Virus record (IMG/VR): IMGVR_UViG_3300044946_000078
Coordinates: 1 to 64,000 of that record
Source: a virus
Length of the DNA stretch: 64,000 bases
Direction: 5' to 3' (one strand)
The translations under genes were made by a program, and so were the position numbers. Position 1 is the stretch's first letter; each line of letters starts with the position of its first letter. The notes below the pieces were generated by a model. It was not told where the DNA came from. It did no database searches and worked only from the letters and a program-made list of their open reading frames with translations. This document shows, piece after piece, positions 45,393-55,786 of the stretch.

Positions 45393-45399
45393 AATTTTA

Positions 45400-46047
45400 T
45401 TATTGTTCTGGTTGTGTTGGAATATCCTCTCCATCATTACCTGTATTACGTGGCTGGGAACGCTCCCAGGCTAATTCTTTAACGCAATAATCAATCACTA
45501 TAGGCATGTAATCATCGGGGATATTTAAGATACTATTCAAGTCTGTAGAGTCCCCTGCACTTACCATTGTAACAGTCGAAGTCCATAATGATAGGGGGAA
45601 TGTAGCTTTACACCTTACATATACCCCTTCTGGTAGGTACACTACTTTATTTTGAATAGGCGGCATTCTGTCAAAATAGGACGCTTGATTTTGACTTATA
45701 GGTACTCCATCAAAAGACGTAAATCCATTTCTGTAAAATCTTAACCTGGAAATACCTTGTGTTTTATCAAATGCCAAAGGAATTTGGGGTAGTTGAAACA
45801 TCCAACCTAAATTATTGGTTGGATCTTGAACTATGGGTATCCCAGAATAAGTACAATAAAATGAGTTATTGATATATCCAGTTCCTTCAATAGCTATATT
45901 ATCAGTATAATTTTTTTGAGCGGCAATGGCACACCCGTCATTTAAAAACCTATTTACAAGTTCGTAGGTAATACTTGAATCTTCTGTTGGTTGACCAGCA
46001 TATACCATTCTTAAAATACGTTCTATTATGGAATTTCTAATTTCCAT
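45400..46047 (-). CDS. tail ring / adaptor protein
   Basis: Position; C-terminal IPDDYMPIVIDY. Confidence 0.6.
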   Translation of the reverse strand: MEIRNSIIERILRMVYAGQPTEDSSITYELVNRFLNDGCAIAAQKNYTDNIAIEGTGYINNSFYCTYSGIPIVQDPTNNLGWMFQLPQIPLAFDKTQGISRLRFYRNGFTSFDGVPISQNQASYFDRMPPIQNKVVYLPEGVYVRCKATFPLSLWTSTVTMVSAGDSTDLNSILNIPDDYMPIVIDYCVKELAWERSQPRNTGNDGEDIPTQPEQ

Positions 46048-46048
46048 A

Positions 46049-46750
46049 TTATTGGCCCCCCTTTGTTATCATTCCAGCATATTGAGATACTTCTTGAGAT
46101 TGTAGATTTATTCCGATCATTGCAAGAGCCCTTGAAATAACTTCCATCATATCTACGTCATACCACTTTGGATCTACGCTAGTCGAAGGATTATAAACTG
46201 GTAATCCGGTTATTGAATCTGGGGTGTATCTCCATACAATAGCTGGTGGTGTGCTTACATAGCTTAATTGAAATTGAGAATTTGGAATAGATGTACCAGT
46301 ATCAGTAGGATTAGGATAGACTCTGAATCCTTTATCTTCAATTGTTACAACCGGATTAGTGGCTATAGGATCGATAAAACTTTTTATGAAAGAATATAGT
46401 TTATTTTGTTGTACAGGTCTAAGGCGATGAATGAGATTAATTTGGAAAAAGGCATCCCATTGTTGATAATCTGCTGGATATGAAACAAATCCAGTATCAT
46501 CAACGGTCAATAAGACTCGGGGGCCTATAAAAGGAGCAAGCCGTTGCCTGACAACCATATTAACTCCAAATTCCACCCTTGCTCCTGGACGTCCTACGCT
46601 ATAATCTTGAAATTGGCCTAACAAATAATTAAATAACCCAAGTTGTGCTTGCGTGATGACTGCATTGAACTCATCGGGGGATATATTGCCTCCATTCTGA
46701 TTTTTATTGCAGATAAACTGAGTGATACTATACGCAAAATCGACCGTCAA
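46049..46750 (-). CDS. tail ring / adaptor protein
   Basis: NKNQNGGNISPDEFN...AQ; TTG start. Confidence 0.65.
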   Translation of the reverse strand: MTVDFAYSITQFICNKNQNGGNISPDEFNAVITQAQLGLFNYLLGQFQDYSVGRPGARVEFGVNMVVRQRLAPFIGPRVLLTVDDTGFVSYPADYQQWDAFFQINLIHRLRPVQQNKLYSFIKSFIDPIATNPVVTIEDKGFRVYPNPTDTGTSIPNSQFQLSYVSTPPAIVWRYTPDSITGLPVYNPSTSVDPKWYDVDMMEVISRALAMIGINLQSQEVSQYAGMITKGGQ

Positions 46751-46768
46751 CTTGGGTTATTTTTTTTA

Positions 46769-47695
46769 TTAGTGAACTCTTTCTTCTAGGTTTTCACAGA
46801 AATTACGCCCTTCTGGACTATTGGTCAAGACAAGTTCAAACAGATACTTGAAAGAATTATGCTTTGCTACTGCCGGAAGGGTACAAATCTTACCTCCATT
46901 TGACCAATGCGCTTCGCCTCTATTCCTTTGCAAATCGATCATCCCTTCCGTAAGGGCCTTTCTGAGTAAGCAGAATATTTCGACATCTTTACTGTCCATA
47001 ATCTTTTTAAAGCGCTCTGGATTTTCTTCTACTTTGGCCAAAAATTCAGTCCTAACGCCATTATCTGTTCTAGGCTGGCCCATCACATCCACGAATTTAA
47101 CGCCTAGAAAAAGAGCATGTTTACGAACCTTATCGATTGGCATTTGCATCGCCAATTCGAGTTGTTCCATTTTAAAGATTCTCTTTTCGTATGCCTCACG
47201 CTCCATCCGTTCCGGGTCCCATTTGTAGTACCCATATTTACCACCACCATACGGCGACTTATCATTGTTATCGAAGTAATCATTTCCTAGTTCAAGGAAC
47301 TGAATAGCGGTTTTGTCTTGAACCGGGATACGGCATACTCTATTTTTAAAAACTATCGATCGGCGATGGCTTTTGATATAATCTGCACTAATGTCTTTTT
47401 GCTCCTTAGCCCATATAGTCCCTACTCCACTTAGTAGCCGGGCCAGTTCAATTTCTCCCGTTGATGGGTTAATGATATTAGCTTCTCCATGTATATTAAC
47501 TGCTCCGTGTTTTTTGTTGTCTCTAAGCCTAAAGATCACAAATTGTTGGCCTTGTGGCTTTTTGTCTTCAAACTCAAAGGAAGTATCATATAATACTTCG
47601 CTCGGGGCAGTTACCGATCCATTTTCTAATTCTTGGCGTATATCTACACCAGTTGAGTGAGCCATTGTAGAGGCTCCTGTACGCTGTTTTGCCAT
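46769..47695 (-). CDS. conserved capsid-adjacent protein
   Basis: Directly downstream of MCP, as in crAss-like capsid modules. Confidence 0.55.
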   Translation of the reverse strand: MAKQRTGASTMAHSTGVDIRQELENGSVTAPSEVLYDTSFEFEDKKPQGQQFVIFRLRDNKKHGAVNIHGEANIINPSTGEIELARLLSGVGTIWAKEQKDISADYIKSHRRSIVFKNRVCRIPVQDKTAIQFLELGNDYFDNNDKSPYGGGKYGYYKWDPERMEREAYEKRIFKMEQLELAMQMPIDKVRKHALFLGVKFVDVMGQPRTDNGVRTEFLAKVEENPERFKKIMDSKDVEIFCLLRKALTEGMIDLQRNRGEAHWSNGGKICTLPAVAKHNSFKYLFELVLTNSPEGRNFCENLEERVH

Positions 47696-47763
47696 AAAAT
47701 TTATTTAATTTTTGAAATATTAAGGCCTGTTTCCGGCCCCCTCCGATCCGGAGGGTTAATTAT

Positions 47764-47791
47764 AAAAAGGAGAGCGGCATTACCGCCCTCC
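47764..47791 (-). terminator. terminator after the major capsid gene
   Basis: GGAGGGCGG-TAATG-CCGCTCTCC-TTTT on the minus strand. Confidence 0.7.
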
Positions 47792-47800
47792 TATATTTGA

Positions 47801-49228
47801 TTAGTTGCCTGTTACCTCTACGAACTGGTTGGCTGCGGCCAAACGCATACCTCTGTACGTCACCATTTCGATCAGATCGGTCAATTGACCATCGGTCGGG
47901 TTCCTGGAACCACCACCATGTTGCCATACACGGATACCATTACCCACTGTGCCGCCACCTACTGGCTGCTGATACATAACGGTCATGTTTTTGTAGGTCT
48001 TGGTAGAGTCGCGGGAATCACGACTTGTCCCCATCGGGCAGATATAACCAGTATAACGGTATTTATCTACCAACGGAGTATGGCCCGTGATTATTTCCGT
48101 ATTAAAGTTGATATAGACCTTCTTACGGAAATTAAAGCCATCGATAGCCAACGTGTCAAACCCATAAGACATTGCAGCCTCTTGGGACTTTTCGCCATTA
48201 CCCCATACGAACGCTCCGGCAGGAAGTTCATTGAAGATGCCATCGGAGAATGCCTGAGCTTGGAAGGTATCCTGAAGCCAGATATTATCCTTTGCGCATC
48301 CGTTTGCCCTCATGATGCGCGTAATTTCGTGCATCTTGGCAAAATCAATGCTATTGGGATCAGTCCCTACAGTTTCACCAAATTGGCCGATGAAAGGGAA
48401 CATACCTTGTGTACCAAGAGAGTTATTGATGGCGGTATTGTTTTGGGCATTACCAAACATCAATTTGCTTTCTACTTGGTTCTTGAAGCGCATATTGGTT
48501 TTAACCATTCCCTTATAGGTGAAGAAGGAAGTACCGGCTTGCTCTACCGGCATATCACCAGTAACGCCATTTTCATAGAAAACCTGGCTCATTTCAGCCC
48601 AATCCGTTGCCTGCCAAGTATCACGCATTGTCGTGATAGTGTTGGTCAGCTTATTATCCAAATGGATCAGCGCCTCGATAGAGTTAGAGGCTTCAGCCGC
48701 ATCCACATACCCCCCAAAGATCAGAACTTCGCCAGCATTCAGGTTGGCGGAGTTTGCTGAGGTAAAGGGAACGCTGATATTCTTTGGCGCTACAGTAAAT
48801 TCAAAAGCAAACGGCGTATCATCGTTGATGTCGATAATTACACCTTCCAGGAAGGAAGACGCGATACGGACAGTTTCGTTAATACGAAGGGGGCTTTCGG
48901 TACCATTGTTAAAGTGGTCTCCTGCGTCGAGCGTAAGGACAACATTTGCCCCGGCTGCAACGTTATTAACTGCATTGACACTGATGATGGATGGCATCAA
49001 TTTGCCGTAGTTCTCGAACCAAAAGAATTCTTGGTTAAAGACCTGTTCCATGCCTCCATAAGTGGCTAACCACCATGTAAAATCCTCATTCCCGTACTTT
49101 TCTACATAGGTACGGTAGTACTGAGGGGTAAGCAATTGCAGCATCGAGATAAGCGCCTCATTAGCGCCGCCTTGGATACTTATGGCACCTGGCTGCAATA
49201 TATTTGATGTAGGAATACCTGCGGGCAT
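47801..49228 (-). CDS. major capsid protein
   Basis: 475 aa after the scaffold gene; F.WFE, NTITTMRDTWQ and ESKLMFG; strong codon bias; followed by a terminator. Confidence 0.85.
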   Translation of the reverse strand: MPAGIPTSNILQPGAISIQGGANEALISMLQLLTPQYYRTYVEKYGNEDFTWWLATYGGMEQVFNQEFFWFENYGKLMPSIISVNAVNNVAAGANVVLTLDAGDHFNNGTESPLRINETVRIASSFLEGVIIDINDDTPFAFEFTVAPKNISVPFTSANSANLNAGEVLIFGGYVDAAEASNSIEALIHLDNKLTNTITTMRDTWQATDWAEMSQVFYENGVTGDMPVEQAGTSFFTYKGMVKTNMRFKNQVESKLMFGNAQNNTAINNSLGTQGMFPFIGQFGETVGTDPNSIDFAKMHEITRIMRANGCAKDNIWLQDTFQAQAFSDGIFNELPAGAFVWGNGEKSQEAAMSYGFDTLAIDGFNFRKKVYINFNTEIITGHTPLVDKYRYTGYICPMGTSRDSRDSTKTYKNMTVMYQQPVGGGTVGNGIRVWQHGGGSRNPTDGQLTDLIEMVTYRGMRLAAANQFVEVTGN

Positions 49229-49260
49229 CTTAAATCATTTTTGATGTTAAAAAATAGGCA

Positions 49261-50415
49261 TTATGCCTCGTCCCACATTTTCTGGATTGCCTTTTGACGG
49301 GCAGCGTCCTTTGCGTCGGCAGTAAAAGCATCGCCTGGATTACTTCCTGGTTGTTCTACCTGGATATTGCCCCTTATTTTCAAATGATTATCAACGGCTT
49401 TTGATGCCGCTTCATTAGCGATTTTTTGATGGATTTTATCCCTATTTTCAAGCTCATAAAGATCTTGCTTCATGAGGGGAATATTGGGTTTCCCATCTTT
49501 GAACCACCGTTTGTCGAAATAATCAGTTAAATCAAAGTCAAACATTTTTGATTTTAGGGCCGTATCTTCTTCCGGAGATATTCCATAGCTGATAGGCAAT
49601 TTCGCTTCCCCGCTAATTGCTTCAACATTGAATCCGTTGAATGCCCCAAAGTCTTTATTAAATGCTTCTTCATAGGAAGATCTCATTGCCGCCTGCTGTT
49701 GCGCGATCCCTTGCGCCCTAGCTGCTGCATCTGAATCTCCCTTTTGTATATCAGGTAGAACTAACTCAGTTTTTAATTTAGCAAGTGCCTCTTTAGCGGA
49801 GAATGAATCCCGACCAATACTACGATTGATCTTGTCTACTTGCTTTTGCCATTTATCCAAATTAGCTAGATAAACGGGGTCGGTTTCATCACCACCAGAA
49901 TCTGGCTTTTCCGGCAAAGAATATTTATCCTCAAACACATCCTGGATATCCTCTGGTGTATAATGCGGATTAGCCTCTTGAATATGCATTTTTATGATCT
50001 CGTCCGGCTTGAGTGCATCCAAAGAGGATAGTCGCTCTTCTCGATCTAGGTATTTTTTTATTTCTGCCTTATTGCCGCTTTTTATGTGGTTATATATGCG
50101 TTCGCTCTCTTCATTATCAAATTTGAGCGGCTTATTACGAAGTTCTCTTAGTTCGGCCAGCTCACTCTTGCCAATATCCGGATCATCCCAACCATAAGTT
50201 TCTTTTACGAAAGCCTTAACATCGAATGGCTTATTTTCTTCGTTTTTAGTCGCATCTGGTTGTACAACAACACTTTCCTTAACTGTTCCACGTGGAACAT
50301 CTGCTTGTTTTTGGGGCCTTGTTTCGGTCCAACTATCATCAGCAAAAGGATCTTTCCTTGTAGGTGCCACCTCGGTTGCGACTGCTGGCTGTTCAATTAC
50401 ATCTGTATCGGGCAT
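49261..50415 (-). CDS. putative capsid scaffolding protein
   Basis: Acidic and helical; lies between portal and MCP. Confidence 0.6.
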   Translation of the reverse strand: MPDTDVIEQPAVATEVAPTRKDPFADDSWTETRPQKQADVPRGTVKESVVVQPDATKNEENKPFDVKAFVKETYGWDDPDIGKSELAELRELRNKPLKFDNEESERIYNHIKSGNKAEIKKYLDREERLSSLDALKPDEIIKMHIQEANPHYTPEDIQDVFEDKYSLPEKPDSGGDETDPVYLANLDKWQKQVDKINRSIGRDSFSAKEALAKLKTELVLPDIQKGDSDAAARAQGIAQQQAAMRSSYEEAFNKDFGAFNGFNVEAISGEAKLPISYGISPEEDTALKSKMFDFDLTDYFDKRWFKDGKPNIPLMKQDLYELENRDKIHQKIANEAASKAVDNHLKIRGNIQVEQPGSNPGDAFTADAKDAARQKAIQKMWDEA

Positions 50416-50418
50416 ATA

Positions 50419-50781
50419 CTAACAAATTTTTGATAACGTTACTAATAGTTTGGTTACAGTATTAGGGGTACCGGCATTGTTGGTTATCTGCAAGTATTGC
50501 CCTATGTATTGAAACCGATAAAGTCCTATGGTTGCTGTTGACACGGATTGGGATCCTGTCGCCAAATTAGTCCCTTGGACGGGCTCAAAATTTATTGCGG
50601 TTTGTGGTGAATTATCCGGCAACTCCCCCTGAATGGCTCCCCCATCATTGGAATGATTGAAATAAAATGTACCGGTCATCCCTATAATATGGACAATTAT
50701 AGTTTCATACCCAGCCGTATCTAGGTTGACATATCCCTTTTCGTTGAATTGGACGGTATAGTCAAATGGACGCGTTATCAT
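50419..50781 (-). CDS. small beta-rich virion protein
   Basis: Position and composition. Confidence 0.5.
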   Translation of the reverse strand: MITRPFDYTVQFNEKGYVNLDTAGYETIIVHIIGMTGTFYFNHSNDGGAIQGELPDNSPQTAINFEPVQGTNLATGSQSVSTATIGLYRFQYIGQYLQITNNAGTPNTVTKLLVTLSKIC

Positions 50782-53252
50782 GCTGCTTGGGGTTGAGGGG
50801 TGTTTATACCCGGCGACGGCGCAGGTGATTGCGCGGGCGATTGACCCTGATCCGGCGTCGGTTGATTATTATTTTGAGGTTGAAGTCCACTTTGTTGATC
50901 TTGTCCTTGCATGTTTTGTAGCGCACCCGAAAGGGCAATCTTATTCCCTATATTTTGACCAAAAACCGGGATAGCTACATTTGCTATCATCTCTTTTTCA
51001 ATGGCTTTTAATTCTTCTGGCAATGGAAGCCCTTTCGCATAAATCCCGGCGAACATTGCCAAAATTTCCTTTTCCTTTTCCTGTTGCCACTCAAGTTGTT
51101 TGAGCGCCATTTGGTTGCTATGCTTCAGATTTTCCAAGTCCATTTCGCTTTGGCTCTTAGCCTGGGCGCTTTGTATTTGAACTTGGGCCGTCATTTGGCT
51201 ATTTTGCTGGGCCTGTTGCTGCTTCTCTAAGACATACTTCTTTTGGGCTAATTGAAACATTGTTTCGGCCAACTTAACATCTTCTTTGGCTATTCGTTCT
51301 AATTTCCATGGATCACAATAAGTAAAGAGGTCGGGAGAGGCAGCAATCAATTGATTCATATAGGCCGAGAATTGAGCCACCTCAGCATCGGTTGGGACCA
51401 TTTTTATTTTCGTATCGAAGATGCGCCCCTTAACGTCTTCTTCTCCTAATAATTCTCGGTAAGCCTTCCCGGCGTATAAAACAGATGGTTTAAGAAGACA
51501 GGCCACTTTTCTGGATACGTCTTCCAATATATGTATATAGGCGTTATACATATGGTCTGTAGCTGCGTCTCCTGTATTTTGCGATGTTTCAACGTTCTCG
51601 GCAGCAACTCTGGGTTTTGTGGCGGCCGTAATTAGGTTTGGATCTTCTCCGAGATTATCCTTCAGTCGTTGATAATGGAAGTTATACCCTTCAACAAGGG
51701 CATTATATTGGGCAATAAATCCAGAGTTTTGAAGTTCTGTGATAGGGACTGGAATTATATTCCCTTCGGCATCACGCCCCCTATAATAGAGATCGCCAGT
51801 TTGATCATAGTATTGGCGCGGCTTTATCTTAGTCCCACCAGCCGTTCCTAGTGTTATGGCCTCCAATGCGTCCATATTAATTGCCGCTCCGGCTGGGCGC
51901 ATCTTCATCATTAGTTGCTGAATCCGAAGCGTGCATAATACCATTCCCTGGACAGGTTCTTCGATCTTTTCCGGAACGGCAATGTTCCTCATGTTTATAT
52001 TATGGTACATGAAGAACGAGTAGGAAAAGTCGCAATCCCCATATTTAGAGGGATCATTAGGGCGGATCATATTGGGCTTTAGTTCCCACTCTAATAGCAC
52101 TCCGGCTGTACGGCAATAAACACCACGATATATATTCCATACATCCTCTTCTCTCAAAGATGTATCGCCAGATAATTTAAAACTGGAATCTGCCTTTTTG
52201 ATTAGGGTGCTTTTTGTACTCCCCGTTTCCTTTACTACGTATGTATATTTATCAAGAGATTTAATCTCGCACTCGATCACATCAAAGTTCCAGTCATCGT
52301 ACGGCCGCATCAAGGATACATTCCATTCCCCTACCCATCTAAGTTTATCTGAAAGTTGATAATCTTTGCAGGTAGCGACAATATCCATGATTTGCTCGGG
52401 GGTAAGATTGCGTTTTGTCCCCGGTCCGTATTTGGATACTAGTTCGCATATTTTCATTCCCCATACTTCGCCGCGCCAAGAGGTATCTTTTAGATCTGGA
52501 AGTTTTGAATAGGAATAAATGGAGTTTTCTGGTTCAACCCATTTCAATATAATGTTTCCCTTCGCATCCATGGTTACCTTCATTCCCAATAGACCAACTT
52601 CGGCACTATCGTAGAGAAGGTGTTCCTTCATTACATCAAAGAATCCTTCTTTATCTAAAATATCATTGATGGCTTTTTCGTAAGAAATTTCTTCGGGAAT
52701 ATGTTGGCCGTCTTGCACCCATAAGTCCAAATCCGACTGAGTTTCCGGAACGAAGTCATTCGGGCCATTAAGCTTTACTTTAGATGCCTGTTCCAGTTTG
52801 GCTAGACGCTCCTTTTGATGAAGGGCAAATTCAGCAGCTTGGTATTGTTTTTGTTTTTCTTTTATAGAAAGGGGGTCAATGGCGCTTACAGTTATTCGCT
52901 CATCTCGTCCCATCCATCGCCCAACAAGGCCAGAAACGATCCTATTAACGATCATGATGCAAGACCACTTCAGATTTAGGAAGTTGATCTTCCCATTCAT
53001 TTGCATCCGGTCGGCGAACATGGCTTGCATATCTTGCTTGCCAGCGCTCCAATCCCGGTTTAACCTAAATCGGTTGTTTCTGGGCCAATAATAGCCGTTC
53101 CCTATACCAGCATTAATTGTGGTTTCGATATAAGCCATGAGGCCCCGGCCAACTTCAGGGGTTAGCTTCTTGGAAGAATCCCGCTCAAGTTGAAAGTTGC
53201 GCAAGGCTGCGCCCGTCCCCGATTGGGGATTAGATGATACATCTTGGACCAA
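50778..53252 (-). CDS. portal protein
   Basis: 824 aa after TerL; YYDQTGDLYYR, PITEL; Gln-rich coiled-coil C-terminus; TTG start. Confidence 0.85.
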   Translation of the reverse strand: MVQDVSSNPQSGTGAALRNFQLERDSSKKLTPEVGRGLMAYIETTINAGIGNGYYWPRNNRFRLNRDWSAGKQDMQAMFADRMQMNGKINFLNLKWSCIMIVNRIVSGLVGRWMGRDERITVSAIDPLSIKEKQKQYQAAEFALHQKERLAKLEQASKVKLNGPNDFVPETQSDLDLWVQDGQHIPEEISYEKAINDILDKEGFFDVMKEHLLYDSAEVGLLGMKVTMDAKGNIILKWVEPENSIYSYSKLPDLKDTSWRGEVWGMKICELVSKYGPGTKRNLTPEQIMDIVATCKDYQLSDKLRWVGEWNVSLMRPYDDWNFDVIECEIKSLDKYTYVVKETGSTKSTLIKKADSSFKLSGDTSLREEDVWNIYRGVYCRTAGVLLEWELKPNMIRPNDPSKYGDCDFSYSFFMYHNINMRNIAVPEKIEEPVQGMVLCTLRIQQLMMKMRPAGAAINMDALEAITLGTAGGTKIKPRQYYDQTGDLYYRGRDAEGNIIPVPITELQNSGFIAQYNALVEGYNFHYQRLKDNLGEDPNLITAATKPRVAAENVETSQNTGDAATDHMYNAYIHILEDVSRKVACLLKPSVLYAGKAYRELLGEEDVKGRIFDTKIKMVPTDAEVAQFSAYMNQLIAASPDLFTYCDPWKLERIAKEDVKLAETMFQLAQKKYVLEKQQQAQQNSQMTAQVQIQSAQAKSQSEMDLENLKHSNQMALKQLEWQQEKEKEILAMFAGIYAKGLPLPEELKAIEKEMIANVAIPVFGQNIGNKIALSGALQNMQGQDQQSGLQPQNNNQPTPDQGQSPAQSPAPSPGINTPQPQAA

Positions 53253-53259
53253 AAAACAA

Positions 53260-53311
53260 TGGGTTAATAAGTACTATTAACCCAAATGTACAAAAAAACA
53301 GGAACAACAAA
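53260..53311 (-). promoter_or_regulatory. promoter upstream of portal, overlapped by a 10-bp inverted repeat
   Basis: TTTG-N17-TACATTTG(53290-53283); TGGGTTAATA-N5-TATTAACCCA. Confidence 0.55.
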
Positions 53312-53331
53312 TATTTTTTGTTATTCACCGG

Positions 53332-55410
53332 TTAAAAGTCTAATTGATCCTTTGCTCCTTGATAATTCTCATTAACGTAAAAATTGACAAATGGCTCATC
53401 CAATTCTATTTCAATGGGTACTGGCTCGATTAAGCATACCAGCAGCATAAGGAAGGAAACAGTCATATCAAAGGCAGTACGTTTAGCTGGATCAAACTTT
53501 TTGGCATCTGCAAGTAGCTCTTCAAAGTCGATAAGATGGCAGAAATGATTGAAAAAGGCTATTCCCACATCAAGTTGGCGCGTAAGGCTTACGGGAGTAG
53601 TTGGAAAGCCCCTATGCCGTTCCGCTTTTTGGCGCTTATTGGGATCAATTGTGCTTAATGGGTATACCCCAAGGTAGCCCTGTTTACCTCGTTCTCGGTA
53701 ATAACTATCATAGTCGTCTGCATTGTGTTCATACCACACCTTATATCCAAAATATTCGGCAGCAAGCATTACTTGCTCATGAAGTTTCCCTTTTTCAGTA
53801 GGTCTCCCATAAAGAAGCGCGACTGGTTTTCCGGTATTTTGTGGGTCAAGGATGCTATATCGCCTCCCTATCCATGCCGATGCCTTAGACCCATATTTTT
53901 TACCCCCTTGGCTATTGCTGTACCCATCCACTGTAATGGCTCCGTCATGAATTCGGCCAGGAACACGAATACCATATTTATACTCAAACTTGTTTGACTC
54001 TTTGGGATCTAATAAATATGTGGTCTTCCAATGAAATTCTTCTTCACCTTTCCTAATATTGCGCCACCCAACTAGGCCGTCTTCACCCCTCTCAAAAATA
54101 ACCTTCCTTTTATATATAGGCCCCTTTTTTAGCTCGGCCTCACGATCAACTATCTTTTCAAGATTGAAAACACAGTCATCGTTAGAATAATTAAAAGCCT
54201 CTTCTATTGTCAGCGGTTCCTTTCTCTTACGCGCTGATAGAGATTTCTGATTATGTTCTACGGTTGCTCTATCTGCTAATATTTCCCTTAGCGTCTTTTC
54301 TTCATCTGGGAAACCATATTTATCAAAATTACGCGCCCTCTTGGCCGACATGAAAAAACGGTATAGTCCACTTGCTGTTCTTCCATTTTCTCCACGGCTT
54401 GCCTGATCGCTATCGTCCCATAGTTTTTTAGCGCCTTCTTGAACTCCGTCCTTATCAGTATCTAACTTTTCAACTGTACTAGAATACAGGGCCTTTCCTA
54501 TGACATTGTTTTCATCGTCTACAAGGCAATACCGTATAACTTCATGGCGATCATATATATCACATTCAATCGTTTTGGCCCATTCGTCCTCAAATACACG
54601 GTGCAACTTTTGCCCGTCATAGGCTAGTGGATCAGCGCTTTGATGATCTATCCTGGATTCAAGTTCATCTTTATCTAAAAGATCTTCAGCTTTTCTTCCC
54701 TTAACATTTGTTTGCTGAAAAAGTATTTCTGTTTTTGGAGTAACGCCACCTGCTGTATCATACTCGGGCCTGAAAAATGGGGGCAATTTTTTAAACGGCG
54801 ATATGATAGCCTTCGCAAATACTTTTTTAGCATCCAATCCTGTCTTAGATTGGATACCACCGTTTGCCATTTTTGTTCTAGTAACATAATCAGTAACGAA
54901 AAGCCCACCACGGAATGTTTTACCGAATCGGCGCTTTGTGATTTCGAGCATCCCAAGACACAATGGGTCTTCGATGCAATATTCAAGGAAGTAAAAGTAT
55001 TCTTGATCAGGGACACGAAATTTAGGATAACCTATATCTATATGCCACCATTGAAGGTACATATAATGGGCTCCGGTAATATAGGTGGCAACTCCATTGT
55101 TCATGAACCAAAAGCCATTCAGCCTTCGATCCCATTCCTGAGCCTTAAATATTTCATAAAGAGCATCGTAAAAAGGCGGATCTTCATCCTTCTTTTTCTT
55201 ATTATAAGCCTTTTCCTCCTTGATTCTTTGATTATACCAAGAAGGGAGCCATAGACGCTCCCAATATTGTTCGCTCTCAATTTCAGAGCGTTTGTATATG
55301 TCAACTTGCTTTAGCTGTCCATTTCTGTCAACTACCCATCCGGGTTCTGCTATCCAGCAATCAAGGTCCTGAATATTATGTACGCTGCCCCGCTGTATTT
55401 CCGTAATCAT
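53332..55410 (-). CDS. terminase large subunit
   Basis: Walker A KRRFGKT, Walker B VFEDE, SST coupling motif, nuclease VDGY and FD. Confidence 0.92.
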   Translation of the reverse strand: MITEIQRGSVHNIQDLDCWIAEPGWVVDRNGQLKQVDIYKRSEIESEQYWERLWLPSWYNQRIKEEKAYNKKKKDEDPPFYDALYEIFKAQEWDRRLNGFWFMNNGVATYITGAHYMYLQWWHIDIGYPKFRVPDQEYFYFLEYCIEDPLCLGMLEITKRRFGKTFRGGLFVTDYVTRTKMANGGIQSKTGLDAKKVFAKAIISPFKKLPPFFRPEYDTAGGVTPKTEILFQQTNVKGRKAEDLLDKDELESRIDHQSADPLAYDGQKLHRVFEDEWAKTIECDIYDRHEVIRYCLVDDENNVIGKALYSSTVEKLDTDKDGVQEGAKKLWDDSDQASRGENGRTASGLYRFFMSAKRARNFDKYGFPDEEKTLREILADRATVEHNQKSLSARKRKEPLTIEEAFNYSNDDCVFNLEKIVDREAELKKGPIYKRKVIFERGEDGLVGWRNIRKGEEEFHWKTTYLLDPKESNKFEYKYGIRVPGRIHDGAITVDGYSNSQGGKKYGSKASAWIGRRYSILDPQNTGKPVALLYGRPTEKGKLHEQVMLAAEYFGYKVWYEHNADDYDSYYRERGKQGYLGVYPLSTIDPNKRQKAERHRGFPTTPVSLTRQLDVGIAFFNHFCHLIDFEELLADAKKFDPAKRTAFDMTVSFLMLLVCLIEPVPIEIELDEPFVNFYVNENYQGAKDQLDF

Positions 55411-55786
55411 TGGCCATTGTTTCAGGGGTTATTGCGCGCCTTACGCCTTTCGTGTCTCGCTCCTCGTCACCTGTTATTCCAGCAACGGCACCCAAGGATT
55501 GAACCGAGGCGGCTACATCAGTGCTATTTTTTATTATAACCATGATCCTTTCAAATCCCTTCGACTTTCCGTCGTCAATGTCTATATCTGTTAGTTTTTG
55601 AGAATTTAAAAGATCGGCCATTTCTATGCTTTTCCTAGAAAGCGCATAGTATAATTTTGCTGGGCCGCCTTGTTCATAGAACGCAACCAGCCCAGTTAGT
55701 TTTTTATTTTCAGCCGTCAACGACTTTACTTGTCGCTCCAACTCTTCAATTTTTTCTATTTCTGAGTCCATTATTAATTTTTTCAT
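55376..55786 (-). CDS. putative terminase small subunit
   Basis: Helical 136-aa ORF overlapping the TerL start. Confidence 0.55.
   Translation of the reverse strand: MKKLIMDSEIEKIEELERQVKSLTAENKKLTGLVAFYEQGGPAKLYYALSRKSIEMADLLNSQKLTDIDIDDGKSKGFERIMVIIKNSTDVAASVQSLGAVAGITGDEERDTKGVRRAITPETMANDYGNTAGQRT

Noticed and set aside
47885-48760. 291-aa plus-strand ORF antisense to the major capsid gene
   Set aside because: Shadow ORF expected from the strong codon bias of MCP; no motifs and no leader
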